Shown here piece after piece: positions 18,449-26,943 of a DNA stretch of 64,000 bases. Origin of the DNA: a virus (lineage: Duplodnaviria > Caudoviricetes). Numbering within the stretch: position 1 is the first letter of the stretch; the number at the start of each line of letters is the position of its first letter. The DNA is taken from IMG/VR virus record IMGVR_UViG_2939311655_000001, positions 24,577-88,576 of that record, one strand, 5' to 3'. The position numbers and the translations under genes are program-made. The notes beneath the pieces were generated by a model that ran no database searches, had not been told where the DNA came from, and saw nothing but the letters and a program-made list of their open reading frames with translations.

Positions 18449-18705
18449 TGGTTCGCCACGCGCACGGCGTTGAAGCAGCCGAAGCAGAGGTCAATCCACC
18501 GCTTGTCGTGCGCCGCGATCTCTGCGAGGAGAGCCGTGTCTGCCGACTTGCCGCAACTGAGGCAGATGTGGGGTTCGTCGCGGCGTGCGTCGATGTCGCT
18601 ACCGTCAACGTCGACTGGCGCGGGTGGGAGCAGGGTGGGCTCGGCTTTGAGTAGGTGCAGCATGCCGGTGGCGTCCATGTCGTTATTCTCTCTCGCGGGT
18701 GTCAT
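18445..18705 (-). CDS. Hypothetical zinc-finger protein
   Basis: CLSCG...RWIDLCFGC. Confidence 0.6.
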   Translation of the reverse strand: MTPARENNDMDATGMLHLLKAEPTLLPPAPVDVDGSDIDARRDEPHICLSCGKSADTALLAEIAAHDKRWIDLCFGCFNAVRVANQ

Positions 18706-19403
18706 GCCGCGACCCCTGCTGCTTCGGCGAGCACAGCGTCCTGCTGCTGTCGGAGTTCCCGCCATGCTCCGAGGTCACCCCATTCGGTGCCGCACGTTCC
18801 GCACCTGATGCGGTGGTTGGTGGCGACGGCGGTGAGCTGGGCCCGGCACAACTGGCCGTCAACACGGACGGGGCAGAGCCCAGTCTTGACCCGGCCGGGC
18901 TTCCGTTCGTTGGCGACCGCGGCCGCGCATTCGGCGTGGAGTCGGCGGATGTCCTCGACGTCCTGGGCGACGGAGTCGTAGGCGTCGGCCGCCCACGGCA
19001 GGTTGTTGAGGAGGAACCTCACGTGCTCGGGCACGGCTTGGCGGGGGCTCCCGCGCCACGGGGCGACGGTCCAGCCGAGCCGGTTCCGCCACGCGTCCTC
19101 AATGTCCCGCAGTCGGGTCGCCATGCCGCCGGCTGCGACGAGGTTGAGGACTTCGAGCCGAGGCGGGATCGGCGGCGTCTTGCTGCCGGATGTCGGTGCT
19201 CCTCCCCCGCTGGCACCGCGCATCAACGCCGCGGTGGTGTCGAGCTGGGCGAACAGGCCGGGCAACTCCTGGAGCCGCACCCGCGTCTTGTCCTCGCACG
19301 GCCGGCAGATCTGCCGCTCGTACTCGTTCTCCCACAACGGCTTGCGGCAGGCGGTGCAGGTCGGCCATTCGTACTGGGTGAGGTCTGCGGTGTGGTCGTG
19401 CAT
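18702..19403 (-). CDS. Conserved actinophage zinc-binding protein, possible late-gene regulator
   Basis: CTAC/CRPC at N-terminus, PPIPPRLEVL, C-terminal GLCP....C...L......IRCGTCGTEW; lies near the end of the early region. Confidence 0.7.
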   Translation of the reverse strand: MHDHTADLTQYEWPTCTACRKPLWENEYERQICRPCEDKTRVRLQELPGLFAQLDTTAALMRGASGGGAPTSGSKTPPIPPRLEVLNLVAAGGMATRLRDIEDAWRNRLGWTVAPWRGSPRQAVPEHVRFLLNNLPWAADAYDSVAQDVEDIRRLHAECAAAVANERKPGRVKTGLCPVRVDGQLCRAQLTAVATNHRIRCGTCGTEWGDLGAWRELRQQQDAVLAEAAGVAA

Positions 19404-19486
19404 GGTGGGCTCCTCGGTGCGGCGGTACAGAGGTGCGGGTGCTGCGTCAATTGTCGCTGAGGGTGATGACAACTGGCGGGCACGGC

Positions 19487-19513
19487 AAAGGCCCGCCCTG
19501 GATGGGGCGGGCC
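19487..19513 (-). terminator. Putative intrinsic terminator
   Basis: GGCCCGCCC/GGGCGGGCC stem followed by TTT on the minus strand. Confidence 0.5.
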
Positions 19514-19530
19514 CGAGTCGGGCTGGGTGG

Positions 19531-19824
19531 TCACGGGCGTCCCGGGGCGGTGACCCATCGTTGCCATGCGGCGAGGCCTTGGGCCGCTGCCTTCTCGCGG
19601 GTGGGTTCGGGCCGGCGTTGGGTGGGGGTGCCGCCCGCCAACCGCCAGTTCCATCCGTTGCGCCCGGTGCGGCTGGTCCCGCCGTAGGACGGTTCGACGA
19701 TGATGAGGGTCTGCCCGCCGGATGTGACGTGCCAGGTGCGGCTGTCCGGCCAGGTGGGGGCTTTGACGAGTTCGGCGGCGTTGATGAGGGCGCGGGCTGC
19801 TTTCGCGGTCAGTGGCCGGGTCAT
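19531..19824 (-). CDS. Hypothetical protein
   Basis: MTRPLTAKAARALINAAELVKAPTW...RNGW...TREKAAAQGL. Confidence 0.7.
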   Translation of the reverse strand: MTRPLTAKAARALINAAELVKAPTWPDSRTWHVTSGGQTLIIVEPSYGGTSRTGRNGWNWRLAGGTPTQRRPEPTREKAAAQGLAAWQRWVTAPGRP

Positions 19825-19966
19825 GGTCAGTCCTCGTCGTCGTTGTCGTATCGGGCGTCCCAGTACCGGTCATCGGCGGCTGCGGCTTCGGCGGGGGTCT
19901 CCTCCCACGGCGAGGGCTGGATGGGCCCGCCATCCACCGGCGACGGGCCCAACACGGCGGGGGCGG

Positions 19967-20350
19967 TCACGGTGCGACCTCGGGGTGCGTGTACCGGATG
20001 GGCTTGCCGAGTTCGCGGGCGTAGGCGATCTCGGAGCGGGTGCTCGTGCCGATGTAGTCACCGACGACGATGACGCGGTCTGCAAGGCGGATCTTCTGCT
20101 TGTGCTGGTCGTCGAGCCGGGCCTTGAGCGCTTCCGCTTCGACCGGGTCAGCCCACAAAGGGTGCGGCTCCTTCATGTTGCAGTCGGGCTTGAGGACGAG
20201 AGCCCCGATGACGGACTGCTCGATCGCGACCTCCGCCATATCGGCGGCGAACCGCATCGAGCCGCAGAGAACGACGACGTCACGGATACCGAGGCCGGCC
20301 TTGCCCTGCGCGAGCTTCTCTTCCGGGGTGAGCAGCTGGGGGTACGACAT
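19967..20350 (-). CDS. Nucleoside 2-deoxyribosyltransferase-like (NDT/DUF4406-like) protein
   Basis: VVLCGSMRF...HKQKIRLADRVIVV.DYIGTSTRSEIAYARELGKPI, including the S..E..YA...GKP motif. Confidence 0.7.
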   Translation of the reverse strand: MSYPQLLTPEEKLAQGKAGLGIRDVVVLCGSMRFAADMAEVAIEQSVIGALVLKPDCNMKEPHPLWADPVEAEALKARLDDQHKQKIRLADRVIVVGDYIGTSTRSEIAYARELGKPIRYTHPEVAP

Positions 20351-20363
20351 GGGGGTCTCCTTG

Positions 20364-20885
20364 TCAGGCGGGCAGGTAGTGGATGTGGATGGCGTGGTCG
20401 GCGTCCGCGTCGGCGAAGCTCATGAGCCACGGGCATTCGGCGTCCTCGGGCTGCCACTCGAACACCACCCACCGGAGCACCAGGTCCGCCGGGTCCGCGT
20501 AGTCCGGGGCGATCTGCATGTCCGCGGCGAACTCGGCCAGGGCCTCACCAGCCTTGATGTTGTCCGCTGTCAGGAGGACGATTTCGCCCTCCTCGAACTG
20601 GACGACGGGGATGCTGGCGTAGCGACCGTCGAAGTCGGCGGCGGTGGGGGTGAACCGGCCCATCGGGAGGTCCGGGACGGGGACGACGTCGTCGAGGTAC
20701 CGGATCCACTCGTAGTCCGGCCGGCACGCCACGGGGTACCTGTCCCTGTCGAGGCGGATCCGGAGGCTCGCCGGGTCGTCCGCGATCTCGGTGATGACGC
20801 CGGGGAGGTAGGTGTCTTGGTCGCGGTAGTACGCGAACTCGACGCGGCGGCCTACCACGGCCTGGGCGTTCAGGGTGTCGGGCAT
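20364..20885 (-). CDS. Hypothetical protein
   Basis: 173 aa ORF with AGGAG RBS in the early operon. Confidence 0.7.
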   Translation of the reverse strand: MPDTLNAQAVVGRRVEFAYYRDQDTYLPGVITEIADDPASLRIRLDRDRYPVACRPDYEWIRYLDDVVPVPDLPMGRFTPTAADFDGRYASIPVVQFEEGEIVLLTADNIKAGEALAEFAADMQIAPDYADPADLVLRWVVFEWQPEDAECPWLMSFADADADHAIHIHYLPA

Positions 20886-20887
20886 GG

Positions 20888-21436
20888 TCAGGTCTCCTTC
20901 TGGGAAGCTACGGGAAAGACGTCAGGGTGCTGGGCCTTCCAGTCCGTCCAGTGCTTCATCGGGTCACCGACGACCGTGTGGACGCGGTCCATGACCTGCA
21001 CCAGGGACAGAGGCTCGTCCTCGCGCTCGGAGTTTGCGGTTGGCGGCCCGGGAACGAACGTCGGCCCGTATGTCCAGGAGCAGCGCCGGTAGCCCCAGTC
21101 ATCCGGCCCGTACTTGATGAACACGACGGTGTTCCACCCGCCGTCCACGTCGAGCGGCCGCTTGTCCATCTGCCGGGCGTACCCAGAGCCGCCGAACCAG
21201 TAATGGCGGTGCTCCTGGAGGTACGAGACCAGCATTTGCGCTTCGGTGTCGGTGGGACGCTCCGTGCTCGCGAACGGCCATGGCGGGTCGAACGTGTTGC
21301 CGGTGTCGGCACTGGTGCCGAGGTAGGCGGCGACGTAGCGCCAGCTGGGGTTGAAGCTGGTAACGACGGGGATACGGAAGGCGGTGAGCGGATCGTCCTG
21401 CTTGGCGTCGGATCCGAACGGCCAGGCGTCGGCCAC
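20888..21436 (-). CDS. Hypothetical protein
   Basis: GTG start after AGGAG RBS (MADAWPFGSD...); Trp/Tyr-rich. Confidence 0.7.
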   Translation of the reverse strand: MADAWPFGSDAKQDDPLTAFRIPVVTSFNPSWRYVAAYLGTSADTGNTFDPPWPFASTERPTDTEAQMLVSYLQEHRHYWFGGSGYARQMDKRPLDVDGGWNTVVFIKYGPDDWGYRRCSWTYGPTFVPGPPTANSEREDEPLSLVQVMDRVHTVVGDPMKHWTDWKAQHPDVFPVASQKET

Positions 21437-21488
21437 GGTCAGGTCTCCTTCGGGGTGCGGGCTGCGCGGCGTGCGTGCATGCGGGCGG

Positions 21489-21911
21489 TCATCGGCGGTC
21501 CCCGCCCTGGTAGGTCCACCAGCCGTCATAGCCGGGCGGGATGGCGGGGAAGTTCGCCAGCATCGGTTCAAGGAGCGTCAGGTGCAGGGCCTGTTCGAAC
21601 GGCTTCTGCGACCCCCAATAACGCTCGCCGTCCCACCGCCCGTCGGGGTCGCCTCCGTACCGGCTGTCGAGGCGATTGCCAAGGATCGCCTGCGGGGTGG
21701 ACACGTCCGGCTCATCCCTGAGCCAGTGGGCCCACAGGTTCAGGGCGCCGAGGCACGCGTAGGTGGTTCCGTTCTTGCGTCGGAACCAGACGGCGTTGCA
21801 CTGCCCGGCCAGCCAGTACGCGTCGTGCTGGTGGGTGACGTCGACGGCGACTGTGGATAGGTCGATGGCGAACGGCTTGCGACTGATGAGGAACCGGTTT
21901 TCGCGGATCAC
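21489..21911 (-). CDS. Hypothetical protein
   Basis: GTGA-coupled MIRENRFLISRKPFAIDL... Confidence 0.65.
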   Translation of the reverse strand: MIRENRFLISRKPFAIDLSTVAVDVTHQHDAYWLAGQCNAVWFRRKNGTTYACLGALNLWAHWLRDEPDVSTPQAILGNRLDSRYGGDPDGRWDGERYWGSQKPFEQALHLTLLEPMLANFPAIPPGYDGWWTYQGGDRR

Positions 21912-22444
21912 CGGCGCCCCTCCTCGGCCTGACAGGTGCAGTCGGGGCCGTCGGGGACTCGGCACGGGGAGGGGTGGTCCGCACGCATCGCGTCCAAGCC
22001 GGCCAGGCCCTCGGCGTGCTCGGCGGTCATGCTCGCCTTGAACGCGCAGACCGTGCACGACTGGCCGTATTCGTACCCCGCGCCGCACTTCTGACAGTCC
22101 TGGAACCGGGCGGGCTTCAGCTCCTCCAGCTCGGCAACCCGGGCTTCGGCCTTCTCCGCCCGACTCCGCCACCGCGCCTTGCTGTTCTGGTGGTGCTGGT
22201 TCTCTCGACGGAGGCGGTCCAGCTCCGTGTGGACTCCGCCCAGCTCGTCGTCGCGCTCGGCAACCTGGTCCGCCGCGCCCGACAGTGCTTTCCGCAGCCG
22301 GTCGACCTCGGCCAGCAGCTCCGGTACCGCGTCTGCCGCGTCGTGCGCGGTGCAGCAGGCGAAGCCGAGGACCGGGTGCTCGCCAAAGACGCGGGCGGCC
22401 TCCCGGATCTCCGCCAGGCGATCCGGGGTCATCGGGGTGTTCAT
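21908..22444 (-). CDS. Ead/Ea22-like coiled-coil protein
   Basis: MTPDRLAEI...DAVPELLAEVDRLR coiled coil, followed by Cys motifs. Confidence 0.7.
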   Translation of the reverse strand: MNTPMTPDRLAEIREAARVFGEHPVLGFACCTAHDAADAVPELLAEVDRLRKALSGAADQVAERDDELGGVHTELDRLRRENQHHQNSKARWRSRAEKAEARVAELEELKPARFQDCQKCGAGYEYGQSCTVCAFKASMTAEHAEGLAGLDAMRADHPSPCRVPDGPDCTCQAEEGRR

Positions 22445-22812
22445 GCGGCACCGCCCCACTGCACGGCCGGGATGCCACGCTCGGCACGGAAGGCGTCAAC
22501 CGCCTTGGCGCAGCACATCGGCTCCCCCTCGACGCTGTGCTCATCCTGGCGGCACGAGGCGATCAGGGCTTCGACGGCGCCCAGCGCTTCGAACTCGGCG
22601 CGGCAGTACGTGCACAGCACGATGTCGTCGGCCGTGAATGCGGCACTGAATCCGGGCCAGTTCTCGGCGAGGAACTTCTGCACGGCAGGCCAGACCTCCT
22701 TGCGGAGAACCTCGGTCTCGTGCGCGTAGTCCGCTGCTGTCCAGAACGGGGACACCGGCGGGGTGATCGTGGCGCGGCCATTCGTCTGTGCGGACTTCGG
22801 GGTGTTGGTCAT
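22441..22812 (-). CDS. Hypothetical protein
   Basis: 123 aa, CTYC...PMCC; ATGA-coupled to the next gene. Confidence 0.65.
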   Translation of the reverse strand: MTNTPKSAQTNGRATITPPVSPFWTAADYAHETEVLRKEVWPAVQKFLAENWPGFSAAFTADDIVLCTYCRAEFEALGAVEALIASCRQDEHSVEGEPMCCAKAVDAFRAERGIPAVQWGGAA

Positions 22813-22965
22813 GGTCAGTTCTCCTCGGTGGTGCGGCGGGTCATGTTCCAGGCGGTGCGGCGGGCGGAGGCTTCGAGCCGGGTGCGGGCGTAGGTGCGGG
22901 CCCGGCGTTCGGCGAGCAGGGCGCGGACCGCGGCGCGAATGTCCTGGTCGGTCACGACGGGCTCC

Positions 22966-23256
22966 TCAAAGGGTGGGCTGGTGGTCGAGTTCCGGGGCGG
23001 TGACGACGACGTGCGGGACAAGGGAGATCCAGTCGCACCCGCCCTCGACGTGAACGGAGCCGTCGTCGTCCTGGCGGACGTCGCTGATCTCGAACCGGTC
23101 GTGCAGGCGCTGCGCCCTGTCGGTGAGTGCTCCCCGGGCGAGGTTCCGGTCGAGGTAGACGTCGACGATGTTGCCTCCCTCGTGCATCTCGCCCTCGGAG
23201 AGGATCCAGACGACCGGGCCGGACGCGATCGGGGTGATGAGGTCGGGCAGGTTCAC
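22966..23256 (-). CDS. Hypothetical protein
   Basis: VWILSEGEMHEGGNIVDVYLD; AGGAG RBS. Confidence 0.6.
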   Translation of the reverse strand: MNLPDLITPIASGPVVWILSEGEMHEGGNIVDVYLDRNLARGALTDRAQRLHDRFEISDVRQDDDGSVHVEGGCDWISLVPHVVVTAPELDHQPTL

Positions 23257-23537
23257 GGAGGCTCCTCAACGAACGGTGGCGGGTTGGTGGGGCCGCGCCC
23301 TCGAAGGGGGTGAGGGCGCGGCCCGGGGGTCTCCCTGGGGGCGGGAGACCGGTCAGGGGGTCAGTCGTTGCGTGCGGTGCGCTTCCAGTTCTGGCGTTCG
23401 CTGCGCTTGGCCCGTCGCCGGGCCGTTTTCCGCTGCCGGCCGGGCGGCTGCCCGCAGCAGGCACAGTCACGGCCACCGGGGCCGTCGGGGCAGGTACGGC
23501 CGAGCATGCGCCCGGTCTTCTGCGTCGTGAAGTTGGT

Positions 23538-23933
23538 CTAGGCCGCCTCCGTGTAGGCGGCCTGGAAGAAGGCGGGCTGGGCGAGGAACGCGGTCTGCTT
23601 GTACGTGGCGAGCCCGATGTACAGGGCGATGTCGAAGGGGCTGTACGCGGCGACGTGAATCCACTTGCCCGTCGTCCGGTGACGCGCCCAGACCATGACC
23701 GGGGGCCGGCCGTTCGCGGCGACGTAGGCCTTCTTGACGTGCCGGCCGTACCAGGACTTGAACCCGTCCTTGAGGTCGTCGGCGCCGAGCCGGTCCAAGA
23801 GGTCCCCGGTGCGGATCAACGTGCCCTGCTCGACGGCTGCTGCGATGAGGCCGGAGCGGGTGCGGTACGCGAGGGCCTTGCTGACCTGGCGGGCGGCGGT
23901 GTGGATGCGGCGGAGCTGGGCGGTGATGCGCAT
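23538..23933 (-). CDS. Hypothetical DNA-binding protein, related to the antirepressor C-terminal domains in this window
   Basis: DLLDRLGA....FKSWYGRHVKKAY....GRPP.......HVAAY; divergent from the RHH gene. Confidence 0.7.
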   Translation of the reverse strand: MRITAQLRRIHTAARQVSKALAYRTRSGLIAAAVEQGTLIRTGDLLDRLGADDLKDGFKSWYGRHVKKAYVAANGRPPVMVWARHRTTGKWIHVAAYSPFDIALYIGLATYKQTAFLAQPAFFQAAYTEAA

Positions 23934-23968
23934 TGGGTCCCCCTCGGGTGGCTCCACCCCTTGTTCGG

Positions 23969-24073
23969 GGTGTAGCTACACCTTAGACTCGGGTGTAGCT
24001 ACACCGCAAGCCGTTCGGCCCAAATTCTGTAGCTACACCAGAAGGAGCAGAAGATGACGCAGGTAGCTACACC
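23969..24073. promoter_or_regulatory. Four palindromic operators GGTGTAGCTACACC
   Basis: Perfect copies at 23969-23982 and 23992-24005; partial copies at 24028-24039 and 24063-24073, between divergent genes. Confidence 0.8.
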
Positions 24074-24089
24074 CGGATACGGTCGGCGC

Positions 24090-24317
24090 ATGTCGCCGAA
24101 CGCACCCAAGACCCCCGCCCGCCAGATCCGCATCGGGGACACCTGGTACGACTTCGACGCCGGCGCCAAGGCCATGGACACGGAGCGCGCGGCCGTAATC
24201 CGCGAGCTCATCGACTGGTACATCCGCGAGCCTGGGGCCAAGCTGCCCGCTCGACCCGATCGTGAGGTCATTGAGTCGGCCCGCGAGGCGCGCACCATGA
24301 AGGTGGTGTCCGAATGA
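24090..24317 (+). CDS. Ribbon-helix-helix (Arc/CopG-like) regulator
   Basis: TPARQIRIG.TW.DF...A.....ERAAVIRELIDWY..EPGAKLP.RP. Confidence 0.75.
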   Translation: MSPNAPKTPARQIRIGDTWYDFDAGAKAMDTERAAVIRELIDWYIREPGAKLPARPDREVIESAREARTMKVVSE

Positions 24318-24862
24318 TCCGCCGCAAGACTCTTGTCGAGGTCGACGTTTTCGCCTCCGAAGCCCACACGGGCCAGGTCGACAAGATCGGCGTGCCGTAC
24401 ATCGAGCACGTGCGCGCAGTGGCCGCCGGACTCGCATCGTTCGGTGACGAACTCGTCATGGCCGGGCTGCTGCACGATGTCATCGAAGACACCGACTGGA
24501 CGGCCGAGCAGCTGCGCGAACAGGGCATCCCGGATCGCGTCGTCTCTGCCGTGGAGGCTGTGACGAACCAGCGGGGTGTGCCCTATGAAGAGAAGATCCG
24601 CCGCATCATGACGAACAGCGATGCCACCCTCGTGAAGATCTCGGACAACGCGCACAACAGCCGCCCCGACCGGGCCGCACAGCTCCCCGACGAGAAGCGG
24701 GCCCGCCTCGCCGCGAAGTACCGGGCCGCACGCGATGTCCTGTGGGCGGCTGCCGACGACCGGGACATCGAAGCCATCATCACGATCGTCAACCCGTCGC
24801 TTCTCGCGGAACTCAGCGACCGAAAGTCCCCCGCCCAGCCCGACTCGGGGAGCAGCAAGTGA
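24314..24862 (+). CDS. HD-domain hydrolase, RelA/SpoT-hydrolase-like (small alarmone hydrolase type)
   Basis: AHTGQVDKIGVPYIEH, AGLLHDVIEDT, VEAVT, LVKISDNAHN. Confidence 0.85.
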   Translation: MIRRKTLVEVDVFASEAHTGQVDKIGVPYIEHVRAVAAGLASFGDELVMAGLLHDVIEDTDWTAEQLREQGIPDRVVSAVEAVTNQRGVPYEEKIRRIMTNSDATLVKISDNAHNSRPDRAAQLPDEKRARLAAKYRAARDVLWAAADDRDIEAIITIVNPSLLAELSDRKSPAQPDSGSSK

Positions 24863-25074
24863 CCGACGCCCAGGATCGGATCGATGTCGTGCTCGACGTC
24901 TACTCCGAGCCCGACGCCTACCGAGTCGTCGTGGTCGGCGTCTTCGAGCCTGGCCAGCCGGTTCCGCCCGCCCCTGAGGGCGCGACACGGAATGTCGTGC
25001 AGTCATTCATGGGGGTAGCGATGAACACCCGCGCCTTCCGCCTGGGTGTACCCCGAGCCGAGGAGTCCGCATGA
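24859..25074 (+). CDS. Hypothetical protein
   Basis: GTGA- and ATGA-coupled on both sides. Confidence 0.55.
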   Translation: MTDAQDRIDVVLDVYSEPDAYRVVVVGVFEPGQPVPPAPEGATRNVVQSFMGVAMNTRAFRLGVPRAEESA

Positions 25075-25571
25075 CCGACGACCTGGTGCAGTTCATTCGC
25101 GCCCGCCTCGACGAAGACGAGCGGGCGGCGCAGCGCGCCGACCCGGGGTCATGGACCCTTCGCACCCTCGGCCGTCACGACCTGGCCGCTGTCAAAACAG
25201 AGAGCGGGTTGATGCAGCTGGACGGATCCCGCGCCACGGCCAACGCCGTCCACATCGCCCGCCATGACCCGGCCCGCGTCCTCCGCGAGGTGGAGGCCAA
25301 ACGTCTGCTGCTGGAGCAGGCGGTCACCAGCCGCCACCTCGTCACCGGGGACCAGTTCATGGATTGCCCGCTCGTCACCGAAGCCGACGCGGATCATGTA
25401 GAGCGCATCCAGGCACTCAACGACATGTACCGCGAGGAGCTCGGCCGAGAACCGAGCTGCATCGAAACCTGCGGCCGGGACGCCCGAGTCCGTCGCACCC
25501 TTGAGCTACTGGCCATGCCGTACAGCGATGACCCGGGGTATACACAGGCCCTGGCAGCCAACCGGGCGTAG
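25071..25571 (+). CDS. DUF6221-like protein (second paralogue)
   Basis: MTDDLVQFIRARLDEDE...HIARHDPARVLREVEAKR...TLELLAMPYSDDPGY. Confidence 0.85.
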   Translation: MTDDLVQFIRARLDEDERAAQRADPGSWTLRTLGRHDLAAVKTESGLMQLDGSRATANAVHIARHDPARVLREVEAKRLLLEQAVTSRHLVTGDQFMDCPLVTEADADHVERIQALNDMYREELGREPSCIETCGRDARVRRTLELLAMPYSDDPGYTQALAANRA

Positions 25572-25621
25572 CTTCCCCGGTTCTCCCCGCACCACCCCGG
25601 TCCCCGCGTCAGACTGTTGGC

Positions 25622-25801
25622 GTGGGGATTCGCTATGTGGTGCTGGGTGAGACACGGCAGGAGTGCGAGGAAGGCCTCGCCGGGCTGTGCGCGGACGTGG
25701 GCGCCCGGGTGGTGCAGCAGCCGGCGCAGTTGGCGGGGCCGCGGTGGATCGGGCGGGCTGTACCGCACACGAAAGCCCCGGCCGAGGAAGGCCGGGGCTA
25801 A
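25622..25801 (+). CDS. Small hypothetical protein
   Basis: 59-aa ORF MGIRYVVLGETRQECEEGL...RWIGRAV, below the ORF-track cutoff. Confidence 0.4.
   Translation: MGIRYVVLGETRQECEEGLAGLCADVGARVVQQPAQLAGPRWIGRAVPHTKAPAEEGRG
25771..25799. terminator. Terminator hairpin between convergent units
   Basis: AGCCCCGGCC/GGCCGGGGCT 10-bp stem followed by TTC on the minus strand. Confidence 0.6.
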
Positions 25802-25812
25802 GCCGTGCGGGG

Positions 25813-26076
25813 TCAGGCCGCGGAGGACCAGCTGGCCCCATGGATGGCACGGAGTGCGCTGGCTGCGTCGTCCGACTCCATGAGCACTTCGCGGCCGGTG
25901 GAGCGACGGTCGGGGCCGACGATCCCGGCGTCGTGCATCTGGTCGAGAAGGCTGAGGGCGGTCTTGAAGGTGACTCGCACACCGTGATCGTTCTTCAGGC
26001 GTCGCTGGAGCATGGCGGGTGAGCCGTGTCGGGTGCTGGTGACGAGTTCGGTGGCGGCGTACAGCAGGTCGATCAT
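25813..26076 (-). CDS. Stand-alone FtsK gamma (winged-helix) domain protein
   Basis: DLLYAATELV.....GSPAMLQRRL....V.F..A..LLDQM...GIVGP.....REVL matches the FtsK C-terminal gamma consensus. Confidence 0.85.
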   Translation of the reverse strand: MIDLLYAATELVTSTRHGSPAMLQRRLKNDHGVRVTFKTALSLLDQMHDAGIVGPDRRSTGREVLMESDDAASALRAIHGASWSSAA

Positions 26077-26103
26077 GGGTTCTCCTGGTTCAATCGGGGC
26101 TTC

Positions 26104-26601
26104 TCACCGGGCGTTCTGATTACGAGTGTTGGCGATGACGCCGCGGGCCTGGGTGTGGATGCTGCGGGAGTCCTGGGTGACGGGCCCGTGGTAGTGCTGG
26201 TGGATGGTGGGCGGGGCCGCTTCGATGGCCGCCTTCGCTTTGCCGACGAGACGACTGATTGCGAGGACGAGGACGGTGGGGGCGCCGACGACGATGGCGC
26301 AGACGATGGGGTCGGCGTACCCGGAGGCCAGCATGACGACGGATGCGGTCCCGCCGACCATGACGGTGGTCGCGCCGCCGGCCAGCATCAGGGCGGAGGC
26401 GTCCGTCGCCTTCTGCGACATGGGCGGCCGGCCTTGCTGCGGTACGGGCGGGGTGGGGCCGACGACCGGGAGCGGACTCGGGTCGCGGTATGCGGTGGCC
26501 TTCTCGATCTCGTTGATGGCGGCCATCAACTGGTCGGCGTTGCGGCGGATGACGGGGTCGGGCCGCCCGGGGCGGGTGGGCTGCTGCTCGGGCAGCTGCA
26601 T
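26104..26601 (-). CDS. SpdD-like membrane protein (plasmid/AICE spread family)
   Basis: Pro-rich N-part, GRPPMSQKATD, two hydrophobic helices, HQHYHGPVTQ tail. Confidence 0.6.
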   Translation of the reverse strand: MQLPEQQPTRPGRPDPVIRRNADQLMAAINEIEKATAYRDPSPLPVVGPTPPVPQQGRPPMSQKATDASALMLAGGATTVMVGGTASVVMLASGYADPIVCAIVVGAPTVLVLAISRLVGKAKAAIEAAPPTIHQHYHGPVTQDSRSIHTQARGVIANTRNQNAR

Positions 26602-26630
26602 GACGGGGTCTCCTTGGGGTGTGGGGTCGG

Positions 26631-26729
26631 TCAGCCGCAGCCGATGCAGCGCTTGTCTTTCTTGCCGTTCCAGGTGTCGCATCGCGTGCAGCGCCATCTG
26701 GCGAGGGTGGTGATCAGGCTGTAGAGCAT
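26631..26729 (-). CDS. Tiny zinc-ribbon peptide
   Basis: WRCTRCDTWN.....RCIGCG (RanBP2-like spacing); AGGAG RBS. Confidence 0.5.
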   Translation of the reverse strand: MLYSLITTLARWRCTRCDTWNGKKDKRCIGCG

Positions 26730-26739
26730 TCGGGCTCTC

Positions 26740-26934
26740 CTATCGGTTGCGGCGGCGGGTGGAACGCCACCCGAGGGGTCCGGGCAGGTCCATGGATGTG
26801 GTGCGGCGCCCGGTGGAGCTGATCGTGTGACGGGGGCCGGGGCCGCCGCCCAACGTGATCGACCAGGAACGGCGGTTGATGTTGAGCCGGACCCCAGGGA
26901 AGATCCGGAAGCTCTTGCGGAACGTGAGCGGCAT
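26740..26934 (-). CDS. DUF4236-like protein
   Basis: MPLTFRKSFRIFPGVRLNIN..S.S.T.G.......SSTG..T...LPG. Confidence 0.8.
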   Translation of the reverse strand: MPLTFRKSFRIFPGVRLNINRRSWSITLGGGPGPRHTISSTGRRTTSMDLPGPLGWRSTRRRNR

Positions 26935-26943
26935 GCGGGGCTC

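Noticed and set aside
23969-24073. Possible mini-CRISPR or att repeats
   Set aside because: 14-bp palindromes between divergent genes next to an RHH protein fit operators.
24090-24862. Type II toxin-antitoxin pair
   Set aside because: The gene after the RHH is a hydrolase-type HD protein, not a recognisable toxin, and no synthetase is nearby.
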